A DNA stretch of 64,000 nucleotides, from contig JBLWTJ010000002.1 of NCBI GenBank assembly GCA_048270185.1, positions 320,001 to 384,000 of the forward strand, written 5' to 3'. Of this stretch, positions 1-9,897 are shown in pieces. Origin of the DNA: Bacteriovoracaceae bacterium. GTDB taxonomy: Bacteria; Bdellovibrionota; Bacteriovoracia; Bacteriovoracales; Bacteriovoracaceae. The position numbers and the translations under genes are program-made. Below the pieces are notes generated by a model, which was not told the DNA's origin, made no database searches, and was given only the letters and a program-made list of their open reading frames with translations. Position 1 is the first letter of the stretch; each line of letters begins with the position of its first letter.

Positions 1-130
1 AAAATGGTTTTCCAAGTCTAACAAGGGCCACCACACTCTCAAATTCACCTTTTTCCACGGCCTCTCCTCCAACAATTGCGAAGGCAAGATTTGTGTAAAT
101 GGATAATATTAACATCAGGCGAAAGAGCAT
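1..130 (-). CDS. Secreted trypsin-like (S1 family) serine protease, N-terminal part only; runs off the window edge
   Basis: Not in the ORF track. Manual translation from ATG at 130 gives MLFRLMLILSIYTNLAFA-IVGGEAVEKGEFESVVALVRLGKPF: a signal peptide followed by the IVGG mature N-terminus typical of S1 proteases. Confidence 0.75.
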   Translation of the reverse strand, partial: MLFRLMLILSIYTNLAFAIVGGEAVEKGEFESVVALVRLGKPF

Positions 131-181
131 GACACTTCATAGCATATGAGAATGATAATAACTAGGTTAATTAGGTGCTAA

Positions 182-1090
182 TTAGGAGTTATTTGATTGA
201 TTCATGTCATAGAAAGCACGGTAGAGATTTGCAAGTTGTTGCTTTCTCTTGGCCACATAATTTTGATCGAGAATCGATGTGATTTCATTAAAAATTTCGC
301 GATGCACATCAACAGATTCATCTATCTGGGTATGCCCTTCTGGACGTAAGATATTTACTACATCTGTCTTTACATGATCACGTGCTACATTTGGACCATC
401 ATTGAAAATATACGAGCGATCGAGCATGAAGTTGAGGTTCTTGGAAACATTCTTTGGAATGATATCGTTATCAAAGCCAATTGAATCAAGGGTCACTAGT
501 AAGTGTACATCTCTAAAACCTGCCTCCGGGGAATTAAGACGATTGGCCAAATTCACAACCGCATCTCCACCAAGTGAGTGGCCCACGAGAATAACAGGTT
601 GATCCTTAGGCCTTCTTAAAACTTCCTCAAAGACTTTGTCTTCGTCTTGCCAACTGACAAATTCAGCAACTTCAAAAGACTTGGCAATATCTTCAAGTCC
701 CCCTTCTGATCCGAGTGTCGAAAGATGAAGGCCCTCTAGAAAATAGATCGCCGGCTTATTAATTGGTGGAAGCTCTTTTACAGGTTCAACTGGCCTTGCT
801 TGCTCCGTCTGAGTTGCAGGGTCCTGAGTTATTGACTTGGCCACTGTTGTCACAGCATCAACTGCCAACTTCTTTCCGGCCGCCGCAAGACTGACAGCAT
901 CGGCAGAGATGGATGCTTTCGCCGCTGCCTCTGCGACCTTGGCCACCTTGGCAGTTTTGTCCACAACCTCTTTTGCAGCTTCCTTAACAACTTCCTTGAC
1001 CTCTTTTCGAGGCGCTTGAATTCCCTTCTCATAGTCAGCTTTTGACTTGTAGTGAATTAAATTTGAAGGGGTCTTGGTACTTGTCTGCAT
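182..1090 (-). CDS. Alpha/beta-hydrolase-fold protein with low-complexity K/A/E-rich N-terminus
   Basis: GHSLGG nucleophile elbow, LVTLDS and a later GH motif. Confidence 0.7.
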   Translation of the reverse strand: MQTSTKTPSNLIHYKSKADYEKGIQAPRKEVKEVVKEAAKEVVDKTAKVAKVAEAAAKASISADAVSLAAAGKKLAVDAVTTVAKSITQDPATQTEQARPVEPVKELPPINKPAIYFLEGLHLSTLGSEGGLEDIAKSFEVAEFVSWQDEDKVFEEVLRRPKDQPVILVGHSLGGDAVVNLANRLNSPEAGFRDVHLLVTLDSIGFDNDIIPKNVSKNLNFMLDRSYIFNDGPNVARDHVKTDVVNILRPEGHTQIDESVDVHREIFNEITSILDQNYVAKRKQQLANLYRAFYDMNQSNNS

Positions 1091-1231
1091 TACCTAAAAT
1101 TATACAGCGTTCAGCTTAGAATTGGGCAGTGAGCAAAATCCTCTATTCCCCAGCTTTAGGTAGGCAATCTCTACTGTTTGTGGCATATTACAGAGGAATT
1201 TTTTTTTAATAATAAAGCACAGGAGTCAGGT

Positions 1232-2251
1232 ATGTCTGGAAAGATCCGCGTTGGTATCAATGGTATGGGCCGTATTGGTCGTACAGTTCTTAGAGAAATT
1301 TTTAACCGCAATATCGAAAACTTAGAAGTTGTTGCTGTTAACTCACCAGGTGATATCCACGACTACGTTCACCTCATCAAATACGATTCAGTTTTTGGTC
1401 GTTTTAATGCGGAAGTAAGCGTTGATGAATCACACAAAATGCACATTAATGGAAAAGAGATTTCTTTCCATAAATATAGAGATCCAAGTGAGATTCCATG
1501 GACTCAAGATAAGGTTGATATCGTTATTGATGCAACAGGTGTTTTCAAGGATCAAAAATCTCTTATGAAGCACGTAACAGGATCAGTTAAGAAAGTAATT
1601 CTTTGTTGTCCAGGTAAAGACGTTGATAACACAATCGTAATGGGTATCAATGAAAATACTTATGATGCTGAAAAACACAATGTTATTTCAAATGCATCAT
1701 GTACTACAAACTGTCTTTCTCCTGTTGCAAAAGTTCTTCACGATAAATTTGGAATTACAAACGGACACATGACAACTGTACACTCATATACTGGTGACCA
1801 ATGTCTGCTAGATGCTTCACACTCTGACCTACGTCGTGCTCGTGCAGCAGCTGTTTCAATGGTTCCAACGACAACTGGTGCAGCAAAAGCTGTTGGTCTT
1901 GTTATTCCAGAGCTTAAAGGTAAGCTAGATGGTTTCGCGATCCGTGTTCCTACTCCAAACGTTTCTCTAGTAGACTTAACAGTTAATCTTGAAACAGAAG
2001 TTACTGAAGAAGAAGTAAATGCTGCTCTAAAAGAAGCTAGTGAAACAACTCTTAAAGGTATTCTTGGATTTGAAAATGAACCATTAGTTTCTGTTGATTA
2101 TATGGGAATGAGAGAGTCTTCATGTGTTGATGCTGATCTTACAAAAGTAATCGATAAGAAGAGTGTAAAAGTTGTTACTTGGTACGATAACGAAGCTGGT
2201 TTCTCTAATAGAGTTATCGATCTTGCTGGATTCATCGGAAGCCAACTGTAA
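1232..2251 (+). CDS. gap: Type I glyceraldehyde-3-phosphate dehydrogenase
   Basis: GINGMGRIGR, catalytic NASCTTNCL and WYDNE motifs; AGGAG RBS before ATG 1232. Confidence 0.97.
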   Translation: MSGKIRVGINGMGRIGRTVLREIFNRNIENLEVVAVNSPGDIHDYVHLIKYDSVFGRFNAEVSVDESHKMHINGKEISFHKYRDPSEIPWTQDKVDIVIDATGVFKDQKSLMKHVTGSVKKVILCCPGKDVDNTIVMGINENTYDAEKHNVISNASCTTNCLSPVAKVLHDKFGITNGHMTTVHSYTGDQCLLDASHSDLRRARAAAVSMVPTTTGAAKAVGLVIPELKGKLDGFAIRVPTPNVSLVDLTVNLETEVTEEEVNAALKEASETTLKGILGFENEPLVSVDYMGMRESSCVDADLTKVIDKKSVKVVTWYDNEAGFSNRVIDLAGFIGSQL

Positions 2252-2276
2252 TTATAAAAATATATTAGGAAATATT

Positions 2277-3473
2277 ATGGCCTTACAATTTATTGATAGT
2301 GTTGAAGATTCAAAAATTAAAGACAAGAAAGTAATTGTCCGCTTTGACTTCAATGTTCCATTAAATAAAGAAACAAAAGAGATCACGGATTCGACAAGAA
2401 TTGATAATGCTCTTGAAACAATCAAGCTGATCCTATCAAAGGGGCCATCAAAATTAATTATGATGTCTCACCTTGGGCGCCCAAAGGGAGAAGTTAATCC
2501 TGAGTTCTCACTTGAGCCAGTTGCAACTTACCTAGCGGAAAAACTTGGAGAAGAAGTTACTCTTACTGAATCATGTCTTGATCGTGGAATTAAAACTCTT
2601 CTATCTTTAAATTCAAATAAGATCATTCTTCTTGAAAACTTACGTTTCCACAAAGAAGAGACGGCCAATGATCGTGAGTTTGCTCGTAAACTTTCTGAGT
2701 ATGCTGATATCTATGTTATGGATGCCTTTGGTGCCGCACATAGAAAGCATGCTTCAACTTATATGATTAATGCTTTCTTTAAGAATAATGCTTATGCAGG
2801 ACTTCTCATGAAAAAAGAAATCGAAGCATTAACGAAAGTGACAGAAAGACCACAGACTCCATTTGTTGCTGTTGTTGGTGGAGCAAAGGTAAGTGATAAG
2901 ATTAAGATCATTGAAAGACTTCTTTCAAGTGTTTCCAACCTACTAATCGGTGGTGCTATGGCCTACCCATTCTTGAAGGCGCAAGGAAATGAAGTTGGAA
3001 CCTCTCTTTGTAGTGATGAAGACGTAAGGCTTGCCAAGAAAATTCTTTCACAAAAGACTGCTCACAAAATTGTTCTTCCACAAGACCACCTAGGTTCTAC
3101 TGAGTTTGGTGGAAAGCCTCAAATTATCGATAAAGTGGGAATTCCTGCTGATATGATGGGACTTGATATTGGAGAGCACACAGCAACTAAGTATTCGCAA
3201 ATCCTAAAGGGTGCTAAGACTATTCTATGGAATGGACCAATGGGAATCTTTGAAAACGAAGATTATGCTGGTGGAACTCTTTCTATTGCTAATGCTCTCG
3301 CTGAATCAGATGCCTACACTCTTGTTGGTGGTGGTGATTCGGTAAGTGCTGTTAATAAAACAGGACTTGCTTCAAAAATGAGTCACGTTTCAACTGGTGG
3401 TGGAGCTTCTTTAGAGTTTATCGAAAACGGAAGCCTACCAGGAATCGCTGCACTTAAATTTGGTGTTGAATAA
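2277..3473 (+). CDS. pgk: Phosphoglycerate kinase
   Basis: RFDFNVP, SHLGRP, LLENLRF, GGAKVSDK and STGGGASLE motifs; start placed at ATG 2277 after TAGGA. Confidence 0.97.
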   Translation: MALQFIDSVEDSKIKDKKVIVRFDFNVPLNKETKEITDSTRIDNALETIKLILSKGPSKLIMMSHLGRPKGEVNPEFSLEPVATYLAEKLGEEVTLTESCLDRGIKTLLSLNSNKIILLENLRFHKEETANDREFARKLSEYADIYVMDAFGAAHRKHASTYMINAFFKNNAYAGLLMKKEIEALTKVTERPQTPFVAVVGGAKVSDKIKIIERLLSSVSNLLIGGAMAYPFLKAQGNEVGTSLCSDEDVRLAKKILSQKTAHKIVLPQDHLGSTEFGGKPQIIDKVGIPADMMGLDIGEHTATKYSQILKGAKTILWNGPMGIFENEDYAGGTLSIANALAESDAYTLVGGGDSVSAVNKTGLASKMSHVSTGGGASLEFIENGSLPGIAALKFGVE

Positions 3474-3505
3474 GAATTAATTAAAATCAAAATAAGGGAT
3501 GTAAT

Positions 3506-4231
3506 ATGACTGAGAGAACGAAGTATATTGTTGGAAATTGGAAGATGAATCAAAACACGCAAGATGTTATTGAGTTCTTTGAGGCCATTGATAGCTCTAA
3601 ACTTCGTCACGAAGCATGGATTGCACCACAAGCAATCCACATCCCTATTTGTCTTCAAAACACAGACGACTTCAAAATTGGTGCTCAAAATAGTTCCACA
3701 GAAAATAGCGGAGCTTTTACTGGAGAAATTTCTCCTGCTTCTCTAAAAGATCTTGGAGCACATTTTGTTATCCTTGGTCACTCTGAGCGTCGCTCAATTT
3801 TTAAAGAAAGTGATGAAACTCTTAACACAAAAACAAAACTAGCTCTTGAAAACGATCTTGTGGTTATCTTCTGTATTGGAGAAACACTTGAGGAAAGAGA
3901 AGCTGGACGTGTTGAAGAAGTCTTAGCATCACAACTTTCAAAAGGTCTTGCCGGTGTCTCAAGTGATAAAGTGATTATTGCTTATGAACCAGTTTGGGCC
4001 ATTGGAACAGGTGTAACAGCATCTCCAGAACAGGCACAAGAAGCTCATGCTTTCATTAGAAAATTTATGAATGAGAATCTTGAACTAAATGCCCAGGCAA
4101 CAAGTATCCTCTATGGTGGTTCAGTGAAGCCAGCAAATGTAGTCGAGTTACTCTCTTGCCCAGACATTGATGGTGGTCTAGTTGGTGGAGCTGCCCTAAA
4201 AGCAGACAGCTACACCGGATTACACGCTTAA
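3506..4231 (+). CDS. tpiA: Triosephosphate isomerase
   Basis: GNWKMN, GHSERR, AYEPVWAIGTG and LVGGA motifs. Confidence 0.97.
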   Translation: MTERTKYIVGNWKMNQNTQDVIEFFEAIDSSKLRHEAWIAPQAIHIPICLQNTDDFKIGAQNSSTENSGAFTGEISPASLKDLGAHFVILGHSERRSIFKESDETLNTKTKLALENDLVVIFCIGETLEEREAGRVEEVLASQLSKGLAGVSSDKVIIAYEPVWAIGTGVTASPEQAQEAHAFIRKFMNENLELNAQATSILYGGSVKPANVVELLSCPDIDGGLVGGAALKADSYTGLHA

Positions 4232-5313
4232 TATATTTTAACAATCATATTTTCGCTCTTATTGCAGCTTAGCTTTTCATAAGTGACGAGATCGTCATGG
4301 CTTACTTGATACGATCCACGTGGAAGATAGAGGTTACGATTTACACCTAGAACAGTTCCATCAGGTTTTGCAAAAACTCGCCAATCAATTCCCCAGTCCG
4401 CATCAAAGTCGAACTCACCTAGGTATTGATACTCTCGGCCAAAATAAATTAAGCTATCAACACTAATCTTAAGATCGGCCCTTGCGAATGCAGGATGGTA
4501 TGGAAGGTAGAATTGAAACTCTTGCCTATCCCCGGCCTTTCCTGCAGGAAGTATTTTTAAGATACCACTATCATTAGTGATGGCAACTTCATTAGAATCT
4601 TTTGTTAGAGTTCTAACACCCTTTACAAGGAGCCCATCCTCTTTTCCGCAGCGAAAATTCTTATTAACATTTAAGAGATCTCCTCTAGCATAGAAGTCAT
4701 GTCTAAATAATCTCTTCTTCTTTAAAAAGAATAATCTCTTTTTTACGAAACCAAGTTGAGGAACAGATGCCTTCAGCGATTTCCTAAGTCCTTTGCGAGC
4801 ATCTATTTTCTTTGTAAATGAATGAGTCATTAAATTTGGGTTATAACGATAGTGTCCTGTTCTCGCAATTTCATTGAGAATTCCTTGAGCATCACAACCA
4901 ACAAGCCCAAGATAGCGAATATTTGGATGAACAGATTTAAAGAGATCCTTCACATCCTTTCCATTAATACTTAGAACTGCTCCCGAGTTATTTGAACCCG
5001 AAGTAGCTTGCCCCGTTCCGGCTGCATGCGACGCCCAGAAAACAGCAATATTATTTGGATTGTGAAGCTGCTTTCGCAATTCGTGGAAATCCACCTCGTG
5101 CTTAATAATGATATTGTAACCAGATTTGTGAAAGTGCTTCTTAAAAATCTTTTCTAAAGACCCATCCACTTTCCATCCTTTTGGCTTATACCAAATGCGA
5201 GGAGTTTTTAATGATGTTAATAAAACAACGTTAGGAGTTGTGTCTTGTCCGTAAGAGAACTGAGCACACAGAAACGTCAAAACTGAGAGTACCAATAGTA
5301 TTAGATTTTTCAT
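4228..5313 (-). CDS. Secreted hypothetical protein, possible His/Cys (clan CD-like) peptidase
   Basis: N-terminal signal peptide; VFWASHAA...LGLVGCDA pattern. Confidence 0.6.
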   Translation of the reverse strand: MKNLILLVLSVLTFLCAQFSYGQDTTPNVVLLTSLKTPRIWYKPKGWKVDGSLEKIFKKHFHKSGYNIIIKHEVDFHELRKQLHNPNNIAVFWASHAAGTGQATSGSNNSGAVLSINGKDVKDLFKSVHPNIRYLGLVGCDAQGILNEIARTGHYRYNPNLMTHSFTKKIDARKGLRKSLKASVPQLGFVKKRLFFLKKKRLFRHDFYARGDLLNVNKNFRCGKEDGLLVKGVRTLTKDSNEVAITNDSGILKILPAGKAGDRQEFQFYLPYHPAFARADLKISVDSLIYFGREYQYLGEFDFDADWGIDWRVFAKPDGTVLGVNRNLYLPRGSYQVSHDDLVTYEKLSCNKSENMIVKIY

Positions 5314-5395
5314 GCTGGAAAGATAGCATCAAAAAATGAACACTAAGGCCTAATTTTCCTTAATTTCAACTGTTAAGATTTATTAACTTTTGAGA

Positions 5396-6280
5396 CTAAA
5401 GCTCTAACCTAAAAGAAACAGGACAGTGGTCTGAGATAAAGCGTTGATACCAAGAAAGATTATCAAATCTCTTCGATTTATAAACACTCTTGCCACAGGC
5501 GCGCCAAACTTCCACATACTTAGACTCATTTGTTTGTGAAACATAAGCGTGGTCAAATGAATTGCCCGATCCACCACTGCGGTAAGTATAGTCATAATCA
5601 CTCGTACGACGAGTAAGGCCTACTTCTTGAAAAGCTTCACCAAGAATTACAAGATCTGAAACCTTCGTATCATCACTTGAGTTGCGGTAAGTATTAAGAT
5701 CCCCAGCTACAACAACAGGAATATTTTTAAGTTTGTACTCTTTGATTCTCTTTGTGAGGTTCTTAACTTGAGTTAGTCTCATATCAATACTAGTTGGCCC
5801 AGCTTTTAAGTGTAGTCCAACAAGGTGAACAAGAGGCTTTCTCGAATAGCGATCCACAACTTGCCCATAAATGGCAGGTCTTAAGTAAGGACGATTATCA
5901 ACAAGAGGATAAATAAAATCGTCGTCACCTTTTTCAGGTACGATATCTAAAGACTTCTTTAAACAGATCATTAAGTGTTGGTGATTGAATTGTTCATGAC
6001 GATAAGACACACAATGATGTCCCAGCCCATCCATGATATTTGATAGTCTGTCCGTATCGATAATTTCTTGAAAAAGAAATATGTCAGTGTTGATATATTT
6101 CGTACTTAAGAACTCTTTTATGAATTGATCTCGGTACTCGTCACTTCTAAGTCCCGTGATTTCCCCTCCTAATCCAAACCAACGGATATTAAAGGTAGTA
6201 ATTTTCAAACTACTTGCTGAAATTGAAGTAGTAAGAAGTAGTGCGGCCAACCATGGCCAAGCTTTCTTAAGATTTTCCAT
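5396..6280 (-). CDS. Secreted endonuclease/exonuclease/phosphatase (EEP, DNase I-like) family protein
   Basis: Signal peptide; TFNI, FQEI, HLKA, AGDLN, FDH and SDHCPV motifs. Confidence 0.9.
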   Translation of the reverse strand: MENLKKAWPWLAALLLTTSISASSLKITTFNIRWFGLGGEITGLRSDEYRDQFIKEFLSTKYINTDIFLFQEIIDTDRLSNIMDGLGHHCVSYRHEQFNHQHLMICLKKSLDIVPEKGDDDFIYPLVDNRPYLRPAIYGQVVDRYSRKPLVHLVGLHLKAGPTSIDMRLTQVKNLTKRIKEYKLKNIPVVVAGDLNTYRNSSDDTKVSDLVILGEAFQEVGLTRRTSDYDYTYRSGGSGNSFDHAYVSQTNESKYVEVWRACGKSVYKSKRFDNLSWYQRFISDHCPVSFRLEL

Positions 6281-6441
6281 ATAAAAATGGTAGTTGGAGC
6301 GAAACAGTTGGTCAAAATTAAATTCGCGCTAAGTCACTGGAATTCGTATGGCACCTATAGAAATTATTGAAATATTTTCTTACAAGCTTTTCACATCATG
6401 ACTCATAGGATAACAATGCACAAAATCATTAGGGAGATTCC

Positions 6442-7881
6442 ATGAAGAAATTGCTACTTACGGCCTTTGCTACAACGAGTATTCTTGCTAACGGGAGCTT
6501 TTGGGCCCTTTTCTCACCACATCAAGGTGAAGAAGCTTTCAATACAATCTATCAAGCTATTGAAAATTCAAAAGAAAAAGCCTGGATGACTGTTTACAGC
6601 TGGTCAGACTCAACTGTTGCAAAGAATTTAGAAGTTGCCTGCCTTTCAGGTGTGGACGTTAAGGTTGTTCTTCACCCTACTCTAAAAAATAGCTCACGTG
6701 TTCAAGACTATGCAAAAGGTATTGAAGATGCAGGCTGTGGAGTTAAGGTCTCAGTAAAGAATATGCACGAGAAATTTGCTATCTTTGATGACAACTTCTC
6801 ATTCAACTCAAGTGCTAACCTTTCAGGTGGAGCGAAGTCTCGTTATTCTGAAAACTTTATTTTTAATAATGATACAAGCCCAGAAGGTCGTCTTGTTATT
6901 AAGACTCTTAATCGTGAATTTAAATTTCTTTGGAACTCATCTAAAGATATGTACACAAATGAAATTTCTCAAGAAGCGAATGAGCCCGCAATCGAGCTAG
7001 CTGATCTGACAAATAACCCTGACAGTACAACAAATCCAAGCTTTGCTTCAAGTTCAATGAACTTTGAGTATAGCAAGTATAGTCCTTCAACAAAGGCATA
7101 TCAAACTGGCCGCTATCTAAGAGTCTCAGCCAGAAAAGTAGCTAAAGAGCAAACATGGTTTGTTCGTGATGCTATGATTAAGCTTATTAATGAGGCTCAA
7201 GAAAATATTCTTGTTAATGTTAACCACCTTGTTATCCAAGAAGTTGCTGATGCACTTTTAGATGCAGTAAAGCGCGGAGTTGATGTTCGTCTTGCAGTTG
7301 ATAACCAGGAATTCAAAACAAGTCTAAAATCAAAAGAGATGACTCCATACTTTGTTTACCACTGGGAGAAGCTTCCGGAAAATAAAGGAAAGGTAGCTCC
7401 AGTTAGGGTTAAGTACTACTCTCACGCTCCTTCTCCACGCCACTGGGCACTTAACCACCACAAGTATATGATCTTTGATTACAATGAGAATGACTTCTCA
7501 AAAACAAAGCTTATGAGTGGCTCTTATAATATCTCTGAAACTGCTGAGCATTCTCAATACGACAATATGTTCACTTATAAAGGAGAAGTATTTGCACAGC
7601 TCTTCAAAGATTTCAAAGGTGAATTTGATAATCTTTGGAACTTAAATAGAGATGAGAATGATAAGCCTATTCAGGAAGCATGGGATCGCGTTGCGAAGCC
7701 ATATGAAGGAAAGATTTATCTCCACACAAAAATGCCTGTGTCTCTGACATGGCCAGAGATTGAATCGATTCGTACTTCAATTTATAAAGCAGCTCCAAAG
7801 TTCTTTCGCGATGCTTATCGTAAGAGAGACTGTTATTTCTTCGACCTAAGCAAGCAAGTTTTTGCTGGTTGTCCTAAGTAA
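6442..7881 (+). CDS. Secreted phospholipase D superfamily protein (phospholipase or nuclease)
   Basis: Signal peptide; two HxKxxxxD motifs (HEKFAIFD...SANLS and HHKYMIFD...GSYN); GGGAG RBS. Confidence 0.88.
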   Translation: MKKLLLTAFATTSILANGSFWALFSPHQGEEAFNTIYQAIENSKEKAWMTVYSWSDSTVAKNLEVACLSGVDVKVVLHPTLKNSSRVQDYAKGIEDAGCGVKVSVKNMHEKFAIFDDNFSFNSSANLSGGAKSRYSENFIFNNDTSPEGRLVIKTLNREFKFLWNSSKDMYTNEISQEANEPAIELADLTNNPDSTTNPSFASSSMNFEYSKYSPSTKAYQTGRYLRVSARKVAKEQTWFVRDAMIKLINEAQENILVNVNHLVIQEVADALLDAVKRGVDVRLAVDNQEFKTSLKSKEMTPYFVYHWEKLPENKGKVAPVRVKYYSHAPSPRHWALNHHKYMIFDYNENDFSKTKLMSGSYNISETAEHSQYDNMFTYKGEVFAQLFKDFKGEFDNLWNLNRDENDKPIQEAWDRVAKPYEGKIYLHTKMPVSLTWPEIESIRTSIYKAAPKFFRDAYRKRDCYFFDLSKQVFAGCPK

Positions 7882-7996
7882 ATAAAATCCAGAACACAAA
7901 TAACTCACGGGGTCATAGACAGTACTTGTCATGGCCTCGTTGAGTTGATATAAATTGTTGTTAATTTTATATCAAATATTTAAAGGAATATAACTT

Positions 7997-8347
7997 ATGG
8001 TTACTGGATTAATGATTTTTCACGGTGTTGTTTCAATCCTACTTATTATTGTTGTTCTACTTCAATTTGGGAAAGGTGCAGAAGCTGGTCTTTTAGGTGG
8101 TGCTTCGGAAGCAGTATTCACAGGTAGCCAACAAGGTAATATTCTGACAAAAATCACAGTTGTTCTTACAATTCTTTTTCTTGGTAACTGTATCTTCCTA
8201 GCTAAGATTCAAACAGGTAAAGAGTCTAAGTCACTTCTTGATTCAGTTGCTCCAGTTGCAGCTCCACTTAACTCGGATGCAGCAGCTCCAACAACAGCTC
8301 CAGCAAAGACTGAAGAAAATTCAGAAACTGCTCCAGCGACGAAGTAA
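7997..8347 (+). CDS. secG: Preprotein translocase subunit SecG
   Basis: Two TM helices, LLQFGKGAEAG, LTKITVVL; usual tpiA neighbour. Confidence 0.93.
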   Translation: MVTGLMIFHGVVSILLIIVVLLQFGKGAEAGLLGGASEAVFTGSQQGNILTKITVVLTILFLGNCIFLAKIQTGKESKSLLDSVAPVAAPLNSDAAAPTTAPAKTEENSETAPATK

Positions 8348-8370
8348 TTCTAAAAAGAAATTCACATAAT

Positions 8371-8400
8371 AAAAAAGCTCTCGTAATGAGAGCTTTTTTT
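8371..8400. terminator. Bidirectional intrinsic terminator
   Basis: AAAAAAGCTCTC-GTAAT-GAGAGCTTTTTTT between convergent genes. Confidence 0.88.
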
Positions 8401-9094
8401 ATTTCTTCTTAATTAATTTTTGGATGGATTTTAAACCTAGATCATCTGCATACTGAGCGACTGTCTTCCCACTAGCATCGGGAATATTAGGATTGGCCTT
8501 AAGACCTAGAAGTGCGCGAACATTATCATATCTCTTATTCTTAATTGCGATATGAAGTGGAGTATCACCTTGTCCATTCTTCTCATTTAAATCGATCTCT
8601 TTCTTCTTATAAAAATAGCGAATTGATTCAGGTGTCGACTTCTTTGCAAGAGCAAAAATCGTCGTCGGTCGTCTCTTCTTGTGAACTTCACTTACAGGCT
8701 GAACTGAAGCAATTCCACGAGACTTCTTCTTTTGGGCCTCATAAGCTTTTGCTTCCGCTACAAGCTGTTCTTCATGCTTAAATTTATCATCCACAAAAGT
8801 AACTTCATAATCATCAACAACAAATGATGAATTCTCGATTTCATTGAGACTAATTTGTTCAATATCCCAATCTGCTTCTGTCTTCTTAAGTTCACGATCA
8901 TTATTGCCTTTGATATTTAGTCTTTCTTCCGAAAGCCCGTAAAGGTCTGCAAGATGGCGATACTCAGCTTCCTCTGTTTCATTAAGAAGCATATCCTTAT
9001 CAACACTTGAAAGAGGCAATAAGTCCTGCCCTCCGTTAAATCCAGCGCATGAAGTGATTAGTAGTGTGAATGTTAAAAATCTTAACAGAGTCAT
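8399..9094 (-). CDS. Lipoprotein with C-terminal ankyrin repeats
   Basis: Likely start ATG 9094 after GGAGAGG; lipobox LITSC; GDTPLHIA...LLGLKANPNIPDASGKT ankyrin motifs. Confidence 0.82.
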   Translation of the reverse strand: MTLLRFLTFTLLITSCAGFNGGQDLLPLSSVDKDMLLNETEEAEYRHLADLYGLSEERLNIKGNNDRELKKTEADWDIEQISLNEIENSSFVVDDYEVTFVDDKFKHEEQLVAEAKAYEAQKKKSRGIASVQPVSEVHKKRRPTTIFALAKKSTPESIRYFYKKKEIDLNEKNGQGDTPLHIAIKNKRYDNVRALLGLKANPNIPDASGKTVAQYADDLGLKSIQKLIKKK

Positions 9095-9103
9095 TACCTC
9101 TCC

Positions 9104-9131
9104 TATCGACATGAAGGTAAATTTTCTTTAA
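9104..9131 (-). promoter_or_regulatory. Sigma28 (FliA)-like promoter of the ankyrin lipoprotein gene
   Basis: Minus strand TAAA-N16-GTCGATAG; consensus is TAAA-N15-GCCGATAA. Confidence 0.5.
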
Positions 9132-9172
9132 TTTTTGAAAATAGTTGTGTGAATTCAGAGATTTAGAGAAGT

Positions 9173-9197
9173 AAAAAAGGCCTCTAAAAGAGGCCTT
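9173..9197 (-). terminator. Intrinsic terminator of ssb
   Basis: AAGGCCTCT-TTT-AGAGGCCTTTTTT on the minus strand. Confidence 0.85.
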
Positions 9198-9221
9198 CAA
9201 GTATTGAAAATTTAGTATTTT

Positions 9222-9692
9222 TTAGAATGGAATGTCATCAGATGTGAATGAAGCGTTTGATGAGATATCATACCCTTGATTCATATCGTCTTGTGGAGCT
9301 GGTGCGCTATTGTTATTAGCGAATGAGTTATTTTGTTGACCCATTGAAGCACCTTGTCCAGCAGAAGCACCACCAAGAAATTGTACAGTTCTTGCGTTGA
9401 TTTCTGTTGTATATCTCTTGTTACCGTCTTTATCGTCCCAAGATCTAGTTTGAAGCTGACCTTCTAAGTATGCTTGACGACCTTTTGCAAGATATTGTCC
9501 ACATAGCTCAGCTAGTTTTCCCCAAACAACAATTCTATGCCATTCAGTTCTTTCTTGTTTTTGTCCGTTCTTATCAGTCCAAGCATCACCTGTTGCCAGT
9601 GTGAAGTTACATACTGCCATCCCAGATGGTGTGTACTTAAGTTCTGGATCTTGTCCTAAACGTCCTACTAAAATAACCTTGTTTACACTCAT
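9222..9692 (-). CDS. ssb: Single-stranded DNA-binding protein
   Basis: [23 protein letters not shown] and C-terminal DDIPF; GGAGG RBS before ATG 9692. Confidence 0.97.
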   Translation of the reverse strand: MSVNKVILVGRLGQDPELKYTPSGMAVCNFTLATGDAWTDKNGQKQERTEWHRIVVWGKLAELCGQYLAKGRQAYLEGQLQTRSWDDKDGNKRYTTEINARTVQFLGGASAGQGASMGQQNNSFANNNSAPAPQDDMNQGYDISSNASFTSDDIPF

Positions 9693-9897
9693 TTGTTCCT
9701 CCAAGTTTCAACGCGTATAACTGAAGCAATCCTTTAGAATTCAGCTATAATCGCAAGGTTGTGTATTAACCTCATAACAATAATACGACTTTCCCCTATC
9801 TGAGAAGTCATAAATGAGCTTGCAAGAAAAAAAATAATTAAGACTGCGTCAAGCGCCTGAAATAAGAAAAGTTAGAACTTGGTTAGATAAGAAATTA

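Noticed and set aside
1178..1231. Longer N-termini given by the ORF track (gap, pgk, ssb, mreD, holA, aroK, nrdR, glutaminase and others)
   Set aside because: Downstream starts have RBS or promoter support and match family N-termini
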